A stretch of DNA of 64,000 nt from an uncultured SAR116 cluster alpha proteobacterium (GTDB lineage Bacteria > Pseudomonadota > Alphaproteobacteria > Puniceispirillales > Marisalimonadaceae). The stretch's first letter is position 1. Every line of letters begins with the position of its first letter. This document shows positions 1 through 9,579 of this stretch, piece after piece. The position numbers were made by a program, and so were the translations under genes. The stretch lies in assembly GCA_902590245.1 (NCBI GenBank), contig CACIWG010000001.1, positions 1,747 through 65,746 of the forward strand. The letters are read 5' to 3'. The notes beneath the pieces are model-generated. The model had not been told where the DNA came from. It worked only from the letters and a program-made list of their open reading frames with translations, and searched no databases.

Positions 1-2
1 CT

Positions 3-83
3 GCAGCCTCAAGATCTAGACTACATGCTAGATTAGGCGGATTAGAAGAAAAAGATATTGTTGGTAATGACGGTTTAAGATAA
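3..83 (+). CDS. 3' end of an ORF entering from upstream of the window; product not identifiable
   Basis: Frame is open from the window edge and reads ...ARLGGLEEKDIVGNDGLR, then TAA at 81-83. Only ~26 codons are visible. Confidence 0.3.
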   Translation, partial: AASRSRLHARLGGLEEKDIVGNDGLR

Positions 84-144
84 CTTTAATGTGAAACATT
101 GAAAGCAATTTTGTTTTTTTGTAAAATAAAATTATTATATTTTT

Positions 145-792
145 ATGATCACGGAGAGTTTATTGGGTACTGATTTTTTAATCAAAAACGCAAAAGAAAT
201 CCAAGTTGTTATAGATAATAATGCATCTGAAATAGAAAAATTAGATCAAGAAATTGGTGATGGTGATCATATATTTAATGTTCAAAGAGGAATTAAACTT
301 GTAATTGAGTCAGAGCCAATAATTAAACATTTATCAATGTCAAAAGCTTTAAATCAAATAGCTATGAAAATTTTATCAGGTATTGGAGGTTCTTCTGGTG
401 CTTTGTTTGGTACACTATTCATGACTATGTCAAAAGTTAGCAATATTGATGACGGTGTTGATTATAAAAAAGCGATAAATATGTTTGTAGATGGTGTAGA
501 GGCGGTTAAGCAAAGAGGTAAGGCTGATGTAGGAGAAAAAACAATGATGGATGTTTTGATACCAGTTGCTAATTGCTTAAAACAAGGAATTGAGAAAAAC
601 AAAGATCTTAAAGATTTAATGAGGGAAGCTATAGAAGAAGCTGAAAAAGGGATGTTATCAACTAAGGATTTATTAGCTACAAAGGGTAGAGCTTCTTTTT
701 TGGGTGAGCGTTCTAAGGGACATATTGATCCAGGCGCTCGCTCTTCACAGCTAATGATTAGATCAGTGTGCATGTCAATATTAAATACTTAG
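145..792 (+). CDS. dhaL: Dihydroxyacetone kinase, ADP/ATP-binding subunit DhaL (Dak2 domain)
   Basis: 215-aa ORF with EIGDGDH and GGSSGALFG Dak2 signatures. Ends 9 bp upstream of dhaK. Confidence 0.85.
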   Translation: MITESLLGTDFLIKNAKEIQVVIDNNASEIEKLDQEIGDGDHIFNVQRGIKLVIESEPIIKHLSMSKALNQIAMKILSGIGGSSGALFGTLFMTMSKVSNIDDGVDYKKAINMFVDGVEAVKQRGKADVGEKTMMDVLIPVANCLKQGIEKNKDLKDLMREAIEEAEKGMLSTKDLLATKGRASFLGERSKGHIDPGARSSQLMIRSVCMSILNT

Positions 793-801
793 GAGAAAGA
801 T

Positions 802-1794
802 ATGAAGAAATTTTTAAACTCAAAAGATGACTTTTTGAAAGAGAGTTTGCAAGGATTTGGTGCTGCACATCAAGATATTATAACCTGTCATTATGATCCA
901 AATTTTATAACTAGATCTGAGGCGACTAAAAGGGGAAAAGTAGCTATAATAAGTGGTGGAGGAAGTGGCCATGAACCGATGCATGGTGGATTTGTAGGGT
1001 ATGGAATGTTAGATGCTGCTTGCCCAGGATTTATTTTTTCATCTCCATCTCCAGATCAAATGATTGCAGCTTCTGAAAAAGTTGATGGTAGTGCAGGAAC
1101 TTTGTTTATCGTTAAAAATTATTCTGGTGATATAATGAATTTTCAAATGGCATCAGAAATGATGACTGGAGTTAGTGAAACTGTTTTGATTAACGATGAT
1201 GTAGCTGTTGAAGATTCATCTTATACGACTGGACGAAGAGGTGTTGCCGCCACTGTAATTGTTGAAAAAATTGTTGGTTCTCTTGCAGAGACAGGAGGTA
1301 GTCTAAAAGAGTGTAAAATTCTAGGAGATAAAGTTAATAGAAACTCAGGTTCTATGGGAGTGGCTTTTTCGAGCTGTACAGTACCTGCTGCTGGAAAACC
1401 CACTTTTAAACTTGGTCCTGATGAAATGGAATTTGGTGTAGGTATTCATGGAGAGCCAGGTAGGAGAAGAGATAAAGTACAACCTGCACAAGAAATTACA
1501 AATGAGTTATTAGGTGTAATAATTGAAGACTTAAAATTAGAAAACAATGGTGAGATTTTATTATTTGTTAATGGTATGGGTGGTACACCTCTAACAGAGT
1601 TGTATCTTCTCTATGATAATGCAAAAAAAACTCTTGATAATAAAAACATAAAGATTTCAAGATCACTAGTTGGAAATTATTGTACATCCTTAGAGATGCA
1701 AGGTGCCTCTTTCACCATTACTAAGCTTGACCAAGAATTAAAAAAGCATTGGGATTCACCTGTTCACACAGCTGCTATGAGATGGGGTTTATAA
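802..1794 (+). CDS. dhaK: Dihydroxyacetone kinase, substrate-binding subunit DhaK (Dak1 domain)
   Basis: 330-aa ORF with the GGGSGHEPMHGGFVGYGMLDAA Dak1 motif. AGGAGA lies just upstream of the ATG. Confidence 0.9.
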   Translation: MKKFLNSKDDFLKESLQGFGAAHQDIITCHYDPNFITRSEATKRGKVAIISGGGSGHEPMHGGFVGYGMLDAACPGFIFSSPSPDQMIAASEKVDGSAGTLFIVKNYSGDIMNFQMASEMMTGVSETVLINDDVAVEDSSYTTGRRGVAATVIVEKIVGSLAETGGSLKECKILGDKVNRNSGSMGVAFSSCTVPAAGKPTFKLGPDEMEFGVGIHGEPGRRRDKVQPAQEITNELLGVIIEDLKLENNGEILLFVNGMGGTPLTELYLLYDNAKKTLDNKNIKISRSLVGNYCTSLEMQGASFTITKLDQELKKHWDSPVHTAAMRWGL

Positions 1795-1902
1795 AAAAAT
1801 CTAAACCCGAATTACTATTAAATAATAAGTATTGGAAGTAACCAATTGTAAGTATGTAATTTTATAAAATATTTTTTTAGGGGCAAGATTTGCACTTACA
1901 AA

Positions 1903-2457
1903 CTAAGGGGAGAGCCATTCTCCTTTCCAATTATTTGTCTTTTTGTAATTAGCACGAATATGTTCAACCCCTAAAAGCAATAGCTGAATTGATTCTATAT
2001 GACATATCAAAACGGCAAAACGTTTATGATCTGGGGCATGATCATAGGCAAAAGGACTTTCAATGACGCTACCAGGGTTAGGAATAGTTCCATAAGCAAC
2101 TCTAGAGTTAGTTGGAACATTTTTCCAAATTGGAATAATAGTGTCCCCAACCTTAATTTCAATAACAACATCCATTTGAATTTGTAATTTGACTTTTGGT
2201 AGCCAAATATGAATTCCAGCACGAGGGTTTCTTTTGAGATCTAACATTTTTGAAGAAGCGGTATCAGTATGGAACTCTATCTGGTTATTTTTCCTATCGC
2301 TCCGTCTCATTACTAAAGTACGTGCATTTGGAATACCATCATGACTTGATGTTACAAAAGTAGGGTGTCTTGCAGGTGATTTTTTGTCGAACTTTCCGCG
2401 ACAGATCTGTGCCCAACCAAAGTCCAAAAAATCATCTAATTTTTGAAAAAATTTCAT
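1903..2457 (-). CDS. Pyridoxamine-5'-phosphate-oxidase-like FMN-binding family protein
   Basis: 184-aa ORF with overall resemblance to PNPOx-like split-barrel proteins (ARTLVMR...IEFHTD). Family-level call only. Confidence 0.65.
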   Translation of the reverse strand: MKFFQKLDDFLDFGWAQICRGKFDKKSPARHPTFVTSSHDGIPNARTLVMRRSDRKNNQIEFHTDTASSKMLDLKRNPRAGIHIWLPKVKLQIQMDVVIEIKVGDTIIPIWKNVPTNSRVAYGTIPNPGSVIESPFAYDHAPDHKRFAVLICHIESIQLLLLGVEHIRANYKKTNNWKGEWLSP

Positions 2458-2573
2458 TTATATAATACTTAAAATTGAATCTTTGAATTGTAAACTAGAA
2501 TTATTTAATGCATAAAAACATTCCATAATTGTATATATAGATTATTATATTCATGTTAGAAAAGGAAGTATAG

Positions 2574-2810
2574 TTGTTTAAAAGAAATTCACATTGTGAT
2601 GAATGTAATTGTCCTTACAAAATAGTTTGGAATTGTAAGAAAAATATATTTGAAAAAGATTGGTTGTATTTATGTTACAATTGTATTCGATTAAACAAAT
2701 ATCTTTATGGAAAATATTTCAAATCACAATTTCAAAACATAAAAAGTTTTAGACGGTGTAAGTTAAATTTATCTAAAGTAGTTTTGCCATTACTTAAGGT
2801 AAATATATGA
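2574..2810 (+). CDS. Small Cys-rich hypothetical protein (possible zinc-ribbon)
   Basis: 78-codon ORF in otherwise empty spacer. TTG start is preceded by AAAGGAAG at ~5 nt. Cys pattern is CxxCxC...C...CxxC. Confidence 0.3.
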   Translation: MFKRNSHCDECNCPYKIVWNCKKNIFEKDWLYLCYNCIRLNKYLYGKYFKSQFQNIKSFRRCKLNLSKVVLPLLKVNI

Positions 2811-2826
2811 TAAAAATATCTTCTTT

Positions 2827-4641
2827 TTAAATATGTCCATTTATTAAATCTATAAACAATTCACCATATTTTTTAAATTTTGTTGGGCCGACACCATCTA
2901 TTTCGAGCATATCTATTTCGTTTGTGGGTTTGTTTTGTGACATTTGAATCAATGTGCTGTCATGAAATACAGCGTATGCAGGCAATCTTCGTTGTTTTGC
3001 AATATCTAGTCTTAATGATTTCAGCTTGTTTAATAAAATATTGTCATCCTTAGACAATTCTTTATTTAAATATTTTGTTGGTATAATAATATCTTTTACT
3101 TGTTTAGTTGGAATTTCTTTATACATAAACTTTTGTACATTTTTTAAAACTTGTATGCCTGTATTAGTTATCTCAATAGCACCATATTTTTGGAAATTTA
3201 TTTTGAGGTGGCCATAAGCAAGCATTTGTCTTAAGAAAGATTGCCAAAATTCTTTTGTTTTATCCTTACCTAAACCATAAACTGATAATTTTTGATGGCC
3301 TTTATCTAAAATTTTTTTATCTTCCGAACCCCTAAGCACATTGATTATATGTACCTGACCATAAAACTGACCAGTACGGTATACTGTAGAAAGAAGTTTT
3401 TGAGCTAAAATAGTGCCATCAATTAAAGAAGGGGGATCAATGCAATTATCGCAATTATTACAATTTTCTGATTCCTCATCAAAATATGATAATAAAACTT
3501 TTCTTCTACATTCAGGTGTTTCACAATATGATAATAAATAATCTAATCTCTTATTTTCATGAAATTTGAATTTATCTTCAGAACTATTTTCTTCTATCAT
3601 TCTTCTGCGAACAACCAAATCATCTAGTCCATAAATTAACAATGTATCTGAAGCATTTCCATCTCTGCCAGCTCTACCAATCTCTTGAGAGTACGCTTCT
3701 ACACTTCCAGGGAGGTTTAAGTGTATAACAAATCTAATATCTGGCTTATCAATGCCCATCCCAAATGCAATTGTAGCTACAACTATGTGAGCCTGTTCAG
3801 TCATAAAAGCGTCTTGAACATTCTTTCTAACCTGTCCATCTAAACCTGCATGGTATGTGCTTGCATTAAAGCCTTTATCATTTAGTAGTGAGGTAACCTC
3901 TTCTGTTTTTTTCTTTGATAAACAATAGATTATACCTGATTGTGATTTTCTATCTCTTAAATAGTCAAGTATTTGAGACTTCCAATTTGTTTTCTGGGTT
4001 ATAGAAAGACTTAGATTTGATCTATCTAAACTTGAAATAAATACATTAACGTTTTTATTAAAAATTTTCTCAAGAATATCTAGTCGAGTTGTTTGATCTG
4101 CTGTTGCAGTAAAACCGATAATATTACTATTTGGGAATAAACTTTTTAATTGAGATAGTTGATTGTAATCAGGTCTAAAGTTATGTCCCCATTTAGAAAC
4201 ACAATGTATTTCATCAATAACAAATAAACCGATATCTAAAGTTTTTAATTGATTTAAAAAATCTTCTGACATGATTTTTTCTGGAGATAAATAAATAATT
4301 TTTTCTTTTCCATTTTTAAAATTATTCCATGATGAAGAACGTTCATCAAAAGTCATGTCGGAATGTATTTTTGCTGCTTGGACACCACATTCTTTTAAAG
4401 CAGAGACCTGATCATCCATAAGTGAAATAAGTGGTGAAATAACTACAGTTTTTTTGGAAGAAATAATTGCTGGTATTTGGTAACATAAAGATTTACCTGC
4501 TCCAGTTGGCATTATTGCAAGAGTATGATTTCCTGACAAAACACTATTAATAATTTTTTCTTGTTCATACCTATAAGATGAGTAACCAAAAGTATTGTTT
4601 AATACATCGAAAGCTTTTTTATTTAACTCAGTAATCAACAT
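2827..4641 (-). CDS. recQ: ATP-dependent DNA helicase RecQ
   Basis: 604 aa. Helicase motifs MPTGAGKSLCYQIP and DEIHCVSKWGHNFRPDY, RecQ Zn-binding Cys cluster (CETPECRR...CNNCDNC) and a C-terminal HRDC-like region. Confidence 0.95.
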   Translation of the reverse strand: MLITELNKKAFDVLNNTFGYSSYRYEQEKIINSVLSGNHTLAIMPTGAGKSLCYQIPAIISSKKTVVISPLISLMDDQVSALKECGVQAAKIHSDMTFDERSSSWNNFKNGKEKIIYLSPEKIMSEDFLNQLKTLDIGLFVIDEIHCVSKWGHNFRPDYNQLSQLKSLFPNSNIIGFTATADQTTRLDILEKIFNKNVNVFISSLDRSNLSLSITQKTNWKSQILDYLRDRKSQSGIIYCLSKKKTEEVTSLLNDKGFNASTYHAGLDGQVRKNVQDAFMTEQAHIVVATIAFGMGIDKPDIRFVIHLNLPGSVEAYSQEIGRAGRDGNASDTLLIYGLDDLVVRRRMIEENSSEDKFKFHENKRLDYLLSYCETPECRRKVLLSYFDEESENCNNCDNCIDPPSLIDGTILAQKLLSTVYRTGQFYGQVHIINVLRGSEDKKILDKGHQKLSVYGLGKDKTKEFWQSFLRQMLAYGHLKINFQKYGAIEITNTGIQVLKNVQKFMYKEIPTKQVKDIIIPTKYLNKELSKDDNILLNKLKSLRLDIAKQRRLPAYAVFHDSTLIQMSQNKPTNEIDMLEIDGVGPTKFKKYGELFIDLINGHI

Positions 4642-5180
4642 CTATAAATTTTAATATCTGTGACAAATAATATTAGAAATATTCATATTAATTTATATTA
4701 CAATTAATGCGAATTAATTATAAATTTTTATTAAAATTTAATTGATTTGAAGGACAGGATGTCAGCCAAAGTATTTTGTAAGCAATTGTTTTGATTTATT
4801 AAATTATGAGGTAATTTAATCTTATTTCATAATTTGCCCCACATAAAAGTAAAATAATATTAAATATATATCCTTTACTATTAACTCCAGTCTTTCAAAT
4901 ATATCGAGATAATCAAAACTTTATTTAAAAAAATACGTAATGTAGTATTCGATTTTTTAGAATTACAAGTTTTACATATTTATATTTCATCAGATTAAAG
5001 CTAAATAAGTTAATTTATTTTTAATTTTCAATTTCTGCCTCAAAATTTTTCCCACAATTTTACCGTAGGTTGAAACTGACAGCAATAGACAATTTAATTA
5101 AGTATTAGTTGTAAATTATTGTAATTATAAAATAATTTATTACAATTTATAATTTGAAAAATATAAAGATTTTATTGATA

Positions 5181-5270
5181 TGGCGGATGGGGTGGGATTC
5201 GAACCCACGAAGGGCTTTCACCCTTGCCGGTTTTCAAGACCGGTGCTTTCAACCGCTCAGCCACCCATCC
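5181..5270 (-). tRNA. tRNA-Ser (anticodon UGA), CCA encoded
   Basis: Cloverleaf read by hand on the minus strand: acceptor GGATGGG/CCCATCC, anticodon stem CCGGT/ACCGG with loop CTTGAAA, long variable arm, T-arm GTGGG-TTCGAAT-CCCAC, 3' GCCA. Confidence 0.93.
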
Positions 5271-5369
5271 AATTGATATAAGAAATAACAACAAGAATAA
5301 TTTAAAGCAAGTTATAAATTTATCATTTTAATTGTTTAATATTTTATATATTTATATTACATTTTTAAA

Positions 5370-6455
5370 ATGTCTCAAAATATTAATCCTGATGAAATTG
5401 TCTCACTTCAAGAATTTTATCAATTTGCTAAAAAAAATACTCCAGTTGAAACATGGGATTATATTATTGGTGCTGCTGATACTGAAACAACCTTTAAAAA
5501 AAATCGATATTCATTAGATAGTTATGCCTTTAAACCAAGAATTTTAAGAGACGTTGAGCATGTGGATACAAGCATTGAATTATTTGGATATAGTTTTTCA
5601 CTTCCGGTTTTTTATGCACCAATAGGATCTATGCAAGATTTTGTTAAAAATGGTGCATTGAATTCAACATTATCTGCATCAGATAAAAAGATATTTCATA
5701 TGCTTAGCTCTACTTGGTCTGGTGGTGTGGATATCATTGGAAAATCTGTAAATTATCCTAAGATTTATCAATTGTATATTCGTGGAGATGAAAGCTGGGT
5801 TGACGAACAGATTTCAAAAGCAATTGATAATGGATTTATTGCTCTATGTTTTACTGTTGATTTAGATGCGTATGGAAGAAGAGAGAGAGACCTTTTGAAA
5901 AGATATAAAACAACATCTAGAAAAACTGCCACTGGCCCAGAATATCAAATGAAGTTTTCATGGAAAGATGTTAGAAGAATTAAAAACAAATATAATTTAC
6001 CAATTATTTTAAAAGGAATTGCAACAGAAGAAGATGCTAAAATCTGTGTTGATGAGGGAATTGATGTAATTTACATATCTAATCATGGTGGAAGACAATT
6101 AGATTATGGAATTGGGGGAGCAGATTTAATTCAATCAATATCAAAAGTTGTTCAGAATAAATCGAAAATTTTTTTTGATGGTGGTATCTGCCGTGGAACA
6201 GACGTGGTTAAGGCGCTTTCCCTAGGGGCTGACAGTGTTGGAATAGGGCGCTTGCAATGTTATGCAGCTGCAACGAATGGAAGAAAAGGATTAAATAAAA
6301 TGATTGATATTTTAACACATGAAATATTAATATGTTTGAGGTTATTAGGTGTAAATAATTTAAATGATCTTAATGAAAATTATATTAAAAAAGATATTGC
6401 AATAGCTGAACCATCATTAACAAGTGCATTTCCATTAATAAGAGAAGGATATTAA
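5370..6455 (+). CDS. FMN-dependent alpha-hydroxy-acid dehydrogenase/oxidase family (lactate/glycolate-oxidase-like)
   Basis: 361 aa with family motifs ISNHGGRQLD and GADSVGIGR. Confidence 0.85.
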   Translation: MSQNINPDEIVSLQEFYQFAKKNTPVETWDYIIGAADTETTFKKNRYSLDSYAFKPRILRDVEHVDTSIELFGYSFSLPVFYAPIGSMQDFVKNGALNSTLSASDKKIFHMLSSTWSGGVDIIGKSVNYPKIYQLYIRGDESWVDEQISKAIDNGFIALCFTVDLDAYGRRERDLLKRYKTTSRKTATGPEYQMKFSWKDVRRIKNKYNLPIILKGIATEEDAKICVDEGIDVIYISNHGGRQLDYGIGGADLIQSISKVVQNKSKIFFDGGICRGTDVVKALSLGADSVGIGRLQCYAAATNGRKGLNKMIDILTHEILICLRLLGVNNLNDLNENYIKKDIAIAEPSLTSAFPLIREGY

Positions 6456-6457
6456 AT

Positions 6458-7477
6458 TTGTATAATAATACTCTAAAAATTAGGTACTTTAATAAAAAAC
6501 TTTTTTTATTCCAAAAATTTAAAATATTTATAATATTTATTTTCTTTTTGAATTCTAATTCATATTATTCGTTTGCTAATGATAATTTTAAATTATTTTT
6601 AAACAATTTTTTAAATGAAAAGGTTTCAGTAAATTATGATAAAACAATAATAAATGATCTAAAGAAAAACTCATATTTCATAAAAAGGGTTGTTGAATTA
6701 GATAGATCACAACCTGAATTTACATTAACTTTAAATCAATACCTTAATAAAGCAGTATCTGCCAATCGTATAAATAAAGCTAAAAAACTCTATAAAGAGA
6801 ATTATTCACTTTTAAAAAAAATTGAAAAATATTATAAGGTCCAACCTCGATTTATTGTAGCCTTGTGGGGCATTGAAACTGATTTTGGTCGTTACACTGG
6901 TTCATTTAAGGTCATACCATCTTTATTAACATTAGTTTATGATGGTAGAAGGGCAAAGTATTTTGAAAAGGAGTTTTTCTATGCTCTTGATATTATAAAA
7001 GACGGTCATGTGTCAATGAATAACATGTATGGTTCTTGGGCTGGTGCCATGGGACAATGTCAATTTATGCCATCAAGTTTTGTTAAATATGCACAAGATT
7101 GGAATAAGGATGGGAAAAAAGATATTTGGAAAACTAAATCTGACGTTTTTGCATCCGCTGCAAATTATCTTAAAAAAACTGGTTGGAATTATAATCAAAC
7201 ATGGGGAAGAAAAGTTTATATTAAAAACTTAACAAAAAAAATTAATGAAAAAAAAAAATATAAGTTATCTTATTTAAAAAAAATAAACATGTTAAATTTT
7301 GATAAAAAACCATTACCAAATTCTGATGTAACTGCAAGAATTATTTTTTTAAAAAATGAAAATGATTTTGGGTACATTGCATATCAAAATTTTGATAATA
7401 TTTTAAAATGGAATCGTTCAAATTATTTTGCGATTGCAGTTGGAAGTCTCTCTGATTATATTTTATATGGTAAATAG
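6458..7477 (+). CDS. Lytic murein transglycosylase (MltB/SLT_2-like), secreted
   Basis: 339 aa with TTG start and an N-terminal signal-like segment. Motifs LWGIETDFGRYTG and GQCQFMPSSF. Confidence 0.85.
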   Translation: MYNNTLKIRYFNKKLFLFQKFKIFIIFIFFLNSNSYYSFANDNFKLFLNNFLNEKVSVNYDKTIINDLKKNSYFIKRVVELDRSQPEFTLTLNQYLNKAVSANRINKAKKLYKENYSLLKKIEKYYKVQPRFIVALWGIETDFGRYTGSFKVIPSLLTLVYDGRRAKYFEKEFFYALDIIKDGHVSMNNMYGSWAGAMGQCQFMPSSFVKYAQDWNKDGKKDIWKTKSDVFASAANYLKKTGWNYNQTWGRKVYIKNLTKKINEKKKYKLSYLKKINMLNFDKKPLPNSDVTARIIFLKNENDFGYIAYQNFDNILKWNRSNYFAIAVGSLSDYILYGK

Positions 7478-8426
7478 TAGAATGATTAAATTTTTACTAA
7501 CATTATCTTTATTTTTTTTTTCATCATGCACATCAGTTGAATTAGCTGCAAACTTAGGAAAAAAAGTTGTCTTTCAAAAAGATAAATTTAATAAAACTAA
7601 TAGTATTTATAAAATTGGAAATCCATATGTTGTAGATGGTAGAAAATATTACCCTAAGAAAAATTTGAATTATGACGAAAAAGGTATTGCTTCATGGTAT
7701 GGTCCAAAATTTCATGGGAAACTTACAGCGAACGGAGAAATTTTTAATCAATATAAATTAACTGCTGCACACAAAACACTGCCAATTCCTTCAGCAGTAA
7801 AAGTAACTAATCTTAAAAATAATAAATCATTGATAGTTAGAATTAATGATAGAGGACCATTTGTTAATGATAGGATTATAGATTTATCTTATCAATCAGC
7901 AAAAAAACTTAGTTTATTGAAATCTGGTACTGGCTATGTAAGAGTTCAAATTCTTAGATCTGAAAGTATCTTATTAGAAAAATTAGCAAAAAAAGGTCAA
8001 TTTCCTGAAATTGATGAAATTACAAAAAAAACTACACCTCCGATCAATCAAGTAAGTTATTCTAATGTATCAATTAAAAAAATAGGTGAAAATAGTGTAA
8101 GTAACAATAGCGAAAAAACCTATAAAAAAAATGAAAATGAAACACAAATTGAAAAAGTACAAAAAAGGGTTCAAGTATTAAAAATAAATGGAAAAAATTA
8201 TAAAATTTGGATACAAATAGCATCTTTTTCAACTCAAAAATCAGCAAATATATTGATGTCAAAATTTAAATCGATTCAAAAAATTAATATAAGAAAAACT
8301 AATATTAGTGGTAAGTCTTTTTACAGAGTTAGAGTAGGGCCCTTTAACGAAATTGAGGAAACTAAAGAAATTTATAACTTTTTAATTAATAGTGGTATGG
8401 AAGGAACAAAAATTTTTGTTGAATAA
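7467..8426 (+). CDS. rlpA: Septal-ring lytic transglycosylase RlpA-family lipoprotein with C-terminal SPOR domain
   Basis: DPBB motifs ASWYGPKFHGKLTANGE...RINDRGPF, lipobox FFSSC, and a C-terminal SPOR-like IQIASFSTQKSA...YRVRVGPF. Start is ATG 7467 or 7482; the TTG at 7428 from the track is unlikely. Confidence 0.85.
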   Translation: MVNSRMIKFLLTLSLFFFSSCTSVELAANLGKKVVFQKDKFNKTNSIYKIGNPYVVDGRKYYPKKNLNYDEKGIASWYGPKFHGKLTANGEIFNQYKLTAAHKTLPIPSAVKVTNLKNNKSLIVRINDRGPFVNDRIIDLSYQSAKKLSLLKSGTGYVRVQILRSESILLEKLAKKGQFPEIDEITKKTTPPINQVSYSNVSIKKIGENSVSNNSEKTYKKNENETQIEKVQKRVQVLKINGKNYKIWIQIASFSTQKSANILMSKFKSIQKINIRKTNISGKSFYRVRVGPFNEIEETKEIYNFLINSGMEGTKIFVE

Positions 8427-8430
8427 TATT

Positions 8431-9579
8431 ATGAAAATTAAAACTATTTTAACTTTAATTTTAATGATTATCCCTTTAAATGTTAATGCAAATTTTTTAA
8501 AATTAAATACTCCAGCAAAACAGGTAATTTTATATGACCATGAACTTAAACAAGTTTTATTTGAAAAAAACTCTAATGATCTTATGAAACCAGCCTCCAT
8601 GGCAAAAATTATGACCGCATATATAGTTTTTGATAGATTACAAGAAGGTAGCTTAACTTTAGAAGACAAATTTGTTGTAAGCAAAAATGCTTGGCAAAAA
8701 GGTGGTTCTAGAACTTTTCTTAAACTTAATTCTGAAGTAACAATCAGTGATTTATTAATGGGTTTAATTGTACAATCAGGAAATGACGCTGCTATAGTGC
8801 TTGCAGAGGGTATTGCCGGTAGCGAAGAAGATTTCGCGCTCCAAATGAACCAATATGCAAATTCTTTAGAAATGAAAAATACTTTTTTTACAAACTCCAC
8901 CGGATGGCCTCATGAAAAGTTAAAAACGACAGCTTATGACTTAATAATATTAACAGATGCTCTTATTAAAAATTTTCCAAAGTTATATAAACTATTTTTA
9001 GAAAAAGAATTTACATTTAACAATATTAAGCAGCCAAATAGAAATCCTTTACTAATTGGTCGTTATAAAGTACCTGGTGCAGATGGATTAAAAACAGGTC
9101 ATACTAAGGAGTCTGGATACGGACTTATAGGTTCAGTTGTTAGGAAGGATAGAAGAATTACTCTTGTGGTAAATGGTCTTAATAGCATGCGACAAAGAGG
9201 AAAAGAAAGTAAAAGATTAATTGAACTAGCATTTAGAGAAACTTATTTACTAAATGTTTTTCAAAGAGAGCATTTTTTAACTACAGCTAATGTATGGCTT
9301 GGAGACAAATCTAAAATTAATTTAATGGCTGAAAAGCCATTAAAAATTCTTGTTGATAGATCATCATTAAGAATGATTAAGACAACAATTTTATGGAATG
9401 ACCCAATTAAAGCGCCAATTAAAATTGGTCAAAAAATAGGAGTAATTAATATTAAGATACCAGGTAGAAATACTTTAAAACTAAATTTAGTTTCAAAAGA
9501 CAATGTGAATGGATTGGGTCCAATTGATAAAATAAAATCTGCAATTAATTATTTGATCTTTGGTGGAGATGTAAATTAA
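8431..9579 (+). CDS. D-alanyl-D-alanine carboxypeptidase (PBP5/6 family)
   Basis: SxxK (SMAK), SGN (QSGNDAA) and KTG (KTGHT) motifs. ATG at 8431 gives the signal peptide MKIKTILTLILMIIPLNVNA. Confidence 0.9.
   Translation: MKIKTILTLILMIIPLNVNANFLKLNTPAKQVILYDHELKQVLFEKNSNDLMKPASMAKIMTAYIVFDRLQEGSLTLEDKFVVSKNAWQKGGSRTFLKLNSEVTISDLLMGLIVQSGNDAAIVLAEGIAGSEEDFALQMNQYANSLEMKNTFFTNSTGWPHEKLKTTAYDLIILTDALIKNFPKLYKLFLEKEFTFNNIKQPNRNPLLIGRYKVPGADGLKTGHTKESGYGLIGSVVRKDRRITLVVNGLNSMRQRGKESKRLIELAFRETYLLNVFQREHFLTTANVWLGDKSKINLMAEKPLKILVDRSSLRMIKTTILWNDPIKAPIKIGQKIGVINIKIPGRNTLKLNLVSKDNVNGLGPIDKIKSAINYLIFGGDVN

Noticed and set aside
462-773. Antisense ORFs nested inside larger genes, for example 462-773, 1221-1403, 1999-2222, 3026-3217, 8382-8900, 9493-9774, 16393-16620, 19180-19440, 23221-23412, 24358-24631, 26583-26888, 33097-33360, 33724-34041, 36215-36559, 59016-59249 and 63168-63386.
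   Set aside because: Each lies wholly within, or mostly opposite, a longer ORF with clear family motifs. Their translations are low-complexity or compositionally odd, so they are shadow ORFs.
5100-5180. AT-only inverted repeat (ATTGTAAT...ATTACAAT) downstream of tRNA-Ser as a terminator.
   Set aside because: It has an 8-bp all-A/T stem and a 13-nt loop. That is too weak, and too easily produced by chance in this composition, to call.
4642-5270. Possibility that tRNA-Ser marks an integrated genomic island or prophage.
   Set aside because: There is no integrase, no phage or mobility genes, and I could find no repeat of the tRNA 3' end in the flanking DNA. Neighbouring genes are housekeeping (recQ and the cell-wall block).
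5332-5517. 61-aa ORF overlapping the start of the alpha-hydroxy-acid dehydrogenase gene, plus other 60-80-aa ORFs in or across gene starts (14685-14912, 14839-15024, 49391-49627, 50008-50223, 50708-50926, 56702-56929, 57329-57526).
   Set aside because: They overlap well-supported genes in other frames or strands, and their translations are dominated by Ile/Leu/Phe/Lys/Asn typical of AT-rich off-frame reading.
7428-7466. Long N-terminal extensions for rlpA (TTG 7428) and the DD-carboxypeptidase (GTG 8392) that overlap the upstream genes by 35-50 bp.
   Set aside because: Downstream ATGs (7467/7482 and 8431) give proper signal or lipoprotein leaders and normal gene junctions.
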